DNA of 64,000 nucleotides from an uncultured Pseudomonadota bacterium (GTDB lineage Bacteria; Babelota; Babeliae; Babelales; Vermiphilaceae): NCBI GenBank assembly GCA_964440325.1, contig CAYTRW010000003.1, positions 2,924 to 66,923 of the forward strand, read 5' to 3'. Shown piece by piece: positions 57,121 to 64,000 of this stretch (position 1 is its first letter; each line of letters starts with the position of its first letter). The notes under the pieces were generated by a model. It saw only the letters and a program-made list of their open reading frames with translations, ran no database searches and was not told where the DNA came from. The position numbers and the translations under genes were made by a program.

Positions 57121-58455
57121 ATGAAGATTTTAAATAAAAAAGTATCTCTATGTGTGTGGAGCCTGCTTTGTTTTTCTTTTATGGTAAAGACGGTTCCGCG
57201 ATTGGTTGCAGAAGAAAAGATGCTTCATGATATACGTAGAAAATATGTTCGACAGGGTCAGCATATATCCCGTGCACAAAAACCCAAGTATCCTCAAAGA
57301 GCGCCTTTAAGGGTGCAGGCTAAACCATTAAAGTTAACGCAAAGTGAAAAAATACAGGCATATGTTTTTCTTGTAGCGTTTGATAATGCAAAGGGAATGT
57401 GGAACATCCTTCTTGGACGTGAGAATGATAAAGGTAAAGATGTATGGAAAGAGATCTTTTTTTATGGGTTAGAGTCTGAAATCCCGTCAATCGTGCAAAA
57501 GGAAACAGGTGGAGAAATTCTTATTTCTAAGCAAGATGTTTTAGCGGCAATAAGCGAAGCTTGGAATAATAATGAACGAGTATATTTTATTTCTGTGCCG
57601 TATAAAAGTGCTCATGCCTTAAATAAGGCGTTAGCGATAACAAAAATAGCAAAGAAAGAACAGTTAGTTTGGTATCCCGTTGATAACATAGTTAATTTGC
57701 ATCAAGGAATAGATATTAAACTTACCTACGGTGGTGGAAAATACGATGCGCCATTATGCCAAAAAACAACAAATATTATAAAAAACGTATGGAATACGGT
57801 AAAAAATAGATTGCCTAAAGGGCAGCAAAGAACTGTTAAAACAGTTTCTCAAAAAAGAGATCTTAAATTTTTAGAAACGTATTTACAGCAATACGTAAAA
57901 AATGTTTTTTCTGCAATCAACCAGAAACCATATTTAGCTCCGGCAGGTGGATGGAATGTATTAAAAGGATCTGGCCGAGCAGTATTCTTTTATCATGCGG
58001 ATAAACCGTATTATGAATTTGCCAACTTTTATCAGCCGGCACCTATTTTAGTTGGAGGTATTCGATACAAAACGTCTGAGCACTATTTTCAGGCCCAAAA
58101 ATTTATGGGAAATCCACAAGTTCAAAATTATATAGCTCAAGCTCCAACCCCACGCCAAGCGTATTTACGGGCAAAAGAAAAGGGAGGAGGAAATTTGCAG
58201 GTGAGTGATGAATTTAGAGTAATGATTATGTTTCAGGCTTTAATCTTAAAATTTTTGCAAAATCCAGCTCTTTTGGAGGTACTCTTAGGAGTAAAAGAAG
58301 AATATATTGTAGAAGATACGGGTTCGGCAAATGTTGGCCCAAACCAGCATGATGATCCTTTTTGGGGGAATGGTCTTTCAGGAAATGGTCAAAATTATCT
58401 TGGAAGATTATTGATGTACCTAAAAGATTTGATACGTTTTGCAGATCAGTCATAG
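57121..58455 (+). CDS. Secreted two-domain protein: novel N-terminal domain plus C-terminal NADAR (YbiA/DUF1768-like) domain, paralog 1
   Basis: Signal peptide MKILNKKVSLCVWSLLCFSFMV. C-terminal AVFFYHADKPYYEFANFYQPAPILVGGIRYKTSEHYFQAQKF...DDPFWGNG...NYLGRLLM matches the NADAR core. Confidence 0.65.
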   Translation: MKILNKKVSLCVWSLLCFSFMVKTVPRLVAEEKMLHDIRRKYVRQGQHISRAQKPKYPQRAPLRVQAKPLKLTQSEKIQAYVFLVAFDNAKGMWNILLGRENDKGKDVWKEIFFYGLESEIPSIVQKETGGEILISKQDVLAAISEAWNNNERVYFISVPYKSAHALNKALAITKIAKKEQLVWYPVDNIVNLHQGIDIKLTYGGGKYDAPLCQKTTNIIKNVWNTVKNRLPKGQQRTVKTVSQKRDLKFLETYLQQYVKNVFSAINQKPYLAPAGGWNVLKGSGRAVFFYHADKPYYEFANFYQPAPILVGGIRYKTSEHYFQAQKFMGNPQVQNYIAQAPTPRQAYLRAKEKGGGNLQVSDEFRVMIMFQALILKFLQNPALLEVLLGVKEEYIVEDTGSANVGPNQHDDPFWGNGLSGNGQNYLGRLLMYLKDLIRFADQS

Positions 58456-58477
58456 GTAGTTTTTATAAGGATGTTTT

Positions 58478-59659
58478 ATGTATTTTTACAAAAAACTTTT
58501 ATTTTTTTTAGCATGCTCAACTATTTTTATAGTAGATGCTGCAGAGCAAGAAAAAGAGGTTGTTATACGGGTTATACCATATCTTTTTCAAGAAGATGGT
58601 ACGACTGTTTTTTTAAAAAAAGAACAGGTAGCGCCTGTTTTATGGAAAGATTTTGTAGTAAATGAGCAAGATTATGATGCTCTTGCGCAACGATTAACAA
58701 AAGAAACAAAAGGGTTATTTTCATTTAATTCGTATAATTTTTCAAAGGAGCCCGATATTTTTTTTGAGGGTGAAAAAACAAAAGGGAAGGTTTACTTTAT
58801 AGATATTTCAGATCAGGTAAAGATAAAAAAAGATTTTGTATATGATGAAAATAGTTTTGTTTTGATACCAGTCTTAGATCTTTTAAAGGCATCTCAAAAG
58901 CATATATATAAAGGAGTTCCTGTTTCTCGTGGGGTAATAAAGTTATTAACAGATAATTGGGAAAAATTTATCCAAAGCAAGCAAGAAAAACAGCGACAAG
59001 AGTATCAGCAAAAACTTTTTTCCTATGAGCTTTTCTTGAATAAGCTTATTCCTTCTCGAGGCTTGTTCCCTCAAGAGATGAAGGAAGAAGCAATGCCTGA
59101 AGCGATCTTCTTTTACAAAAAAGATTCACCGTATTATGAATTTACCAATTTTTATCCTGCAGAAATTTTCATTGATGGGTATATTTATCCTACAACAGAG
59201 CACTATTTTCAAGCACAAAAATTTATACATCATCCTGAAGTAATGGCTTTGATTAGAGAGAGCAAGAACCCTCGAGGGGCATATGAGGTAGCTGCACGAT
59301 ATAGACAAAATAAAAGAAAAGACTGGGATGAGGTAAGTATTTTAGTAATGTTTAAAGCATTGGTCTCAAAATTTGTGCAGCATCCGGACTTATTGCGCAT
59401 TCTTTTAAAAACGGGTGACAAACTCATTGTTGAAAATACGGCATTGGTTGGAAGGTCAGGGCATGATGACCCTTTTTGGGGAAATGGTAAAGAGTTTTCT
59501 GGAGAAAACTACTTGGGCAGATTGCTTATGGCATTACGGAGTTTAATCAGAGAAAATCCGCCACCTTTTTTTGTAATGCCTCAAGAAGACTTGTTGGAAA
59601 ATCCTGTGCCAGAAGCGCAGGGAAGGATTAAGGGAATTTTAAAATTATTTGGATTTTAA
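58478..59659 (+). CDS. Secreted two-domain protein: related N-terminal domain plus C-terminal NADAR domain, paralog 2
   Basis: Signal peptide MYFYKKLLFFLACSTIFIVDAA. C-terminal AIFFYKKDSPYYEFTNFYPAEIFIDGYIYPTTEHYFQAQKF...DDPFWGNGKE...NYLGRLLM. Its N-domain is alignable with paralog 1 (VWKEIF/LWKDFV; QKETGG/TKETKG; VYFIS/VYFID). Confidence 0.65.
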   Translation: MYFYKKLLFFLACSTIFIVDAAEQEKEVVIRVIPYLFQEDGTTVFLKKEQVAPVLWKDFVVNEQDYDALAQRLTKETKGLFSFNSYNFSKEPDIFFEGEKTKGKVYFIDISDQVKIKKDFVYDENSFVLIPVLDLLKASQKHIYKGVPVSRGVIKLLTDNWEKFIQSKQEKQRQEYQQKLFSYELFLNKLIPSRGLFPQEMKEEAMPEAIFFYKKDSPYYEFTNFYPAEIFIDGYIYPTTEHYFQAQKFIHHPEVMALIRESKNPRGAYEVAARYRQNKRKDWDEVSILVMFKALVSKFVQHPDLLRILLKTGDKLIVENTALVGRSGHDDPFWGNGKEFSGENYLGRLLMALRSLIRENPPPFFVMPQEDLLENPVPEAQGRIKGILKLFGF

Positions 59660-59695
59660 AAGCTTTTAGAATGGTATGTAATCATAATTATATGC

Positions 59696-59728
59696 AAAAA
59701 AGGGATCGAAATTCGATCCCTTTTTTGT
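59696..59728. terminator. Bidirectional intrinsic terminator between NADAR paralog 2 and groEL (AAAAAAGGGATCGAAATTCGATCCCTTTTTTGT)
   Basis: Perfect 9-bp palindromic stem flanked by an A-run and a T-run. Confidence 0.8.
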
Positions 59729-59747
59729 GTGTACATATCTAAAAAAA

Positions 59748-61397
<1,650 letters not shown>

Positions 61398-61417
61398 TTA
61401 TTCGTAATTCGTACGGT

Positions 61418-61708
61418 TTAAACTTTTTCAACAACAGCAAGAATTTCATCGCCGGAAATAATTAAATAATCATCTCCCGCATCTGTTCCTGCATATTTTC
61501 CAAAGAAAACGGTATCATTTACCTTAATATCAAGAGGAAGCAGATTCCCTTCTTTATCACGTTTTCCTGGGCCAACTGCAAGTACCGCTCCCATTTGGGC
61601 TTTTTCTTTTGCAGAGTCAGGGATAATGATGCCAGAAGCAGTACGTTCTTCGCTTTCTACTCTTTTTACAAGTACGCGGTTTCCGAGTGGTCTTAATTTT
61701 TCAAACAT
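61418..61708 (-). CDS. groES: Co-chaperonin GroES
   Basis: 96 aa Cpn10 (LRPLGNRVLVKRVE..., mobile loop EERTASGIIIPD). Confidence 0.95.
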   Translation of the reverse strand: MFEKLRPLGNRVLVKRVESEERTASGIIIPDSAKEKAQMGAVLAVGPGKRDKEGNLLPLDIKVNDTVFFGKYAGTDAGDDYLIISGDEILAVVEKV

Positions 61709-61938
61709 AGTATCCTTTCATGTAAGTCATTATGCTTGTATAATTTTTCATACAGAACATCATAATAATAGCGGCAATAAAAGCTCTTATACTATTATTA
61801 TCTATAATAAAATTATAGAGTAAAACTTTCAAAGTTCAACTAATTTTTTCTTATAATCCAAGACTCATATTTTTTGATAAAGGATATTGATATATACTCT
61901 GAAAAAAGGCTCAAATTTTTAAAAGGAAAGGTGATGCA

Positions 61939-62631
61939 ATGGATGTCTTAAATACTAAGAAAGGAAGAATCTTTCCTTCTCTTATTGCAGCTGATTTGCT
62001 TAATCTGCAACGTGAAATTCAGGTTCTTGATCCTTATGTTGATGGATATCATATCGATATAATGGATGGGCACTTTGTTCCCAATCTTACGTGGGGATCA
62101 ATGTTTATTGATGCAATTTGTAGTGTTACTGTAAAACCCTTATGGATACATTTAATGGTTGATAATCCTTTGTGGTGGATTAAGATATTAAAAATGCCTG
62201 ATGGCACACTAGTTTCTTTTCATATAGAATCAACCAAGAGCGTTGAGCTGTGCGTTAAATCAATAAAAGAAAAAAAATGGGAGCCGAGTTTGGCAGTAAG
62301 TCCAAAAACGGCAATCTCTGAAACGTTTTCCTTTTTTAATATTATTGATCATGTTTTAGTGATGTCGGTTGAGCCAGGCTTTTCTGGGCAGTCCTTTATT
62401 TCTCATGTGCAGCAAAAAATCAATCCTGTACTTGATGCCTTTCGTAAAAGGGTAAGTAGTAATAAAATAGGAGAAAATTGGGGAGCAATAGCTTTTGATG
62501 GCGGAATTAATGCAGAAAATATAGGGGATCTTTTCACGCAGGGCGTAACGGATTTTGCGATTGCAAATGCAATCTTTGCATCTAGGGATACCCGTAATGC
62601 AGTAAAGCATTTAAGAAAACTTATTGTATAA
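61939..62631 (+). CDS. rpe: Ribulose-phosphate 3-epimerase
   Basis: IFPSLIAADLLNL...HIDIMDGHFVPNLTWG, with metal-binding His/Asp; 230 aa. Confidence 0.85.
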   Translation: MDVLNTKKGRIFPSLIAADLLNLQREIQVLDPYVDGYHIDIMDGHFVPNLTWGSMFIDAICSVTVKPLWIHLMVDNPLWWIKILKMPDGTLVSFHIESTKSVELCVKSIKEKKWEPSLAVSPKTAISETFSFFNIIDHVLVMSVEPGFSGQSFISHVQQKINPVLDAFRKRVSSNKIGENWGAIAFDGGINAENIGDLFTQGVTDFAIANAIFASRDTRNAVKHLRKLIV

Positions 62632-62722
62632 ATAAGCTAAATTTTGAATAGCTATCTATAGAGATTAAAGTGAATAAGAGAAACTGCTCTTATTCACTTT
62701 ACGTGATGTTTATTAGTTCTTT

Positions 62723-63085
62723 TTAGACTCTGTCTTCAAGATCTAATTCTTCGTCAGAAAACTGTTCTAATGTCTTTTTGATAACTTGGCTTGCAACATA
62801 TATGACTGCAATAGTTCCAGCAATTTCGACAGCTAATTTGCTATTGCCTTCTAATGTTTTTACTTTTGAAATTCCCCAGACCATAGGTGCACCTAAAAAT
62901 GCAATGGTAGCACTGGTTTTATTTACGCAAGATGAGGTAATTCGAGAAATAAGATTTGGAGCTGTAGTTTCCCCTTCGCACATGATCATCTGATTTGATA
63001 GTCCTAGGACAAGAGCAGCGCAAAGTAGCTTTTTTGTATTCATATAAAATCCTTCAGATAAAAGAGATAGAAGAGCGATACTCAT
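62723..63085 (-). CDS. Hypothetical small membrane/secreted protein
   Basis: Signal/TM-like N-terminus and a second hydrophobic segment; no homology recognised. Confidence 0.3.
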   Translation of the reverse strand: MSIALLSLLSEGFYMNTKKLLCAALVLGLSNQMIMCEGETTAPNLISRITSSCVNKTSATIAFLGAPMVWGISKVKTLEGNSKLAVEIAGTIAVIYVASQVIKKTLEQFSDEELDLEDRV

Positions 63086-63198
63086 TTGCGACTAATTTTA
63101 AGCTGATTTATTTTTGTGTCAAATAAATAACAGGATGGGCTGCTTGTTCATATTAAAGAAAACATATATTTGAAAAGATTAAATAAAAGATAAATACA

Positions 63199-63233
63199 AA
63201 AAAAGGGACCGTAAAAAACGATCCCTTTTTTTG
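63199..63233 (-). terminator. Intrinsic terminator downstream of gene 63257-63889; near-copy of the terminator at 59696
   Basis: AAAAAAAGGGACCG-TAAAAAA-CGATCCCTTTTTTTGT: hairpin with one mismatch, A-run and T-run. Confidence 0.6.
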
Positions 63234-63256
63234 TATTTATAAAGTCTCTTAAGACA

Positions 63257-63889
63257 TTATTTGCAAGTTTTGCAACCACGAGCTGCTGGACGAATAGCTG
63301 GACGAGCATTGCGAGCTACGTTGCGACGAACTGCTGGACGAGCAGTATTGCGACGTACTACTGGACGAGCAGTATTGCGACGAACTACGTTGTGACGAAC
63401 TGCTGGACGAACAGTGTTTGTGCGAGGAGCTTGTTTTGCTATTTCAACTTTAGCAGCGTCAGCTTGAGCAACGATGCATGCTGTTTTTGCTTTAGCAAGT
63501 TCAGCTCTTACTTGATCAAGAGCCGCTTTTAATTGAGCGATTTCTTGTTCGTTTCCTTGATTTTGTTTAAGAGCTTCTTCTAGAGCTTGTTTTGTTTCTT
63601 TTGCTGTTTTGATGCTTTTCTTAATTGTTTTTACAGTATAAGTAACACCAGCACCAGCAACAAGAGCACCACTAGCGATAGCAGCAGTTTTTACAGGATG
63701 TGCTTTTACTGCATCAACAAGAACTGCGCCCTTATCCATGCCGTATGCTAAAACGTCTTTAGCTTTTCCCAAAGAGTAGCTGTAAGCATCTTTAGTTGCT
63801 TGCCAAGAACCTTTAAGAGTAGGTAAAGCTTGAACTGAAGAAGTGATAAAACCAAGAGTTAACATTAAGGTTATGAAATGTTTGTTCAT
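63257..63889 (-). CDS. Secreted coiled-coil protein with a C-terminal Arg/Ala/Val-rich tandem-repeat tail
   Basis: Signal peptide MNKHFITLMLTLGFITSSVQA, a central coiled coil, then NTVRPAVRHNVVRRNTARPVVRRNTARPAVRRNVARNARPAIRPAARGCKTCK encoded by tandem DNA repeats. Confidence 0.45.
   Translation of the reverse strand: MNKHFITLMLTLGFITSSVQALPTLKGSWQATKDAYSYSLGKAKDVLAYGMDKGAVLVDAVKAHPVKTAAIASGALVAGAGVTYTVKTIKKSIKTAKETKQALEEALKQNQGNEQEIAQLKAALDQVRAELAKAKTACIVAQADAAKVEIAKQAPRTNTVRPAVRHNVVRRNTARPVVRRNTARPAVRRNVARNARPAIRPAARGCKTCK
63290..63420. repeat. Imperfect in-frame tandem repeats of about 27-30 nt (CTGGACGAGCAGTATTGCGACG-like) encoding the Arg-rich tail
   Basis: Repeated units visible directly in the DNA. 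Confidence 0.6.
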
Positions 63890-64000
63890 AATATACCTCC
63901 AATTATACTTACGCGACTATTTCCATTTGTTAACCAGACTCGCGTTTTATCTGGTAGTTATTTTCATTATAAATTAAATTAGATTATTGTCAATATTCAC

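Noticed and set aside
61709-61938. CIRCE (HrcA) operator upstream of groES
   Set aside because: I scanned the 230-nt upstream region on both strands for TTAGCACTC-N9-GAGTGCTAA and found no convincing match. Heat-shock control may use a different element.

Overview
AT-rich ~64 kb chromosomal segment of a Gram-negative bacterium, judged from BamA, putative beta-barrel outer-membrane proteins ending in C-terminal Phe, FtsI/FtsB and an F-type ATP synthase. Gene density is high on both strands. The housekeeping backbone is clear: SPFH protein, NhaC-like antiporter, MscK-type mechanosensitive channel, M3 oligopeptidase, UvrB, RuvA, RecD2-like helicase, a partial F-ATPase operon (c-b-b'-delta-alpha), RpsA, Ndk, NusB, EF-P, GlyA, TrxA, CysS, BamA, Cmk, FtsB-like, FtsI, class I aldolase, transaldolase, Rpe, GroES and GroEL. 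Between these lie an unusual number of signal-peptide proteins and eukaryote-like or effector-like domains: a secreted ankyrin-repeat protein, a Josephin-like papain-fold cysteine protease, a secreted PAPS-type sulfotransferase, two tandem secreted NADAR-domain fusion paralogs, a stand-alone LigD-type 3'-phosphoesterase, a protein of four tandem sCache_2 modules, and clusters of small basic, proline-rich or cysteine-rich secreted proteins. This fits a host-associated, possibly intracellular, lifestyle, but that is an inference. No rRNA, tRNA, CRISPR array or obvious transposase was seen. Several strong A-run/hairpin/T-run intrinsic terminators are visible, and two of them share nearly the same sequence. 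All calls rest on reading the supplied translations and DNA by eye; no database search was possible.
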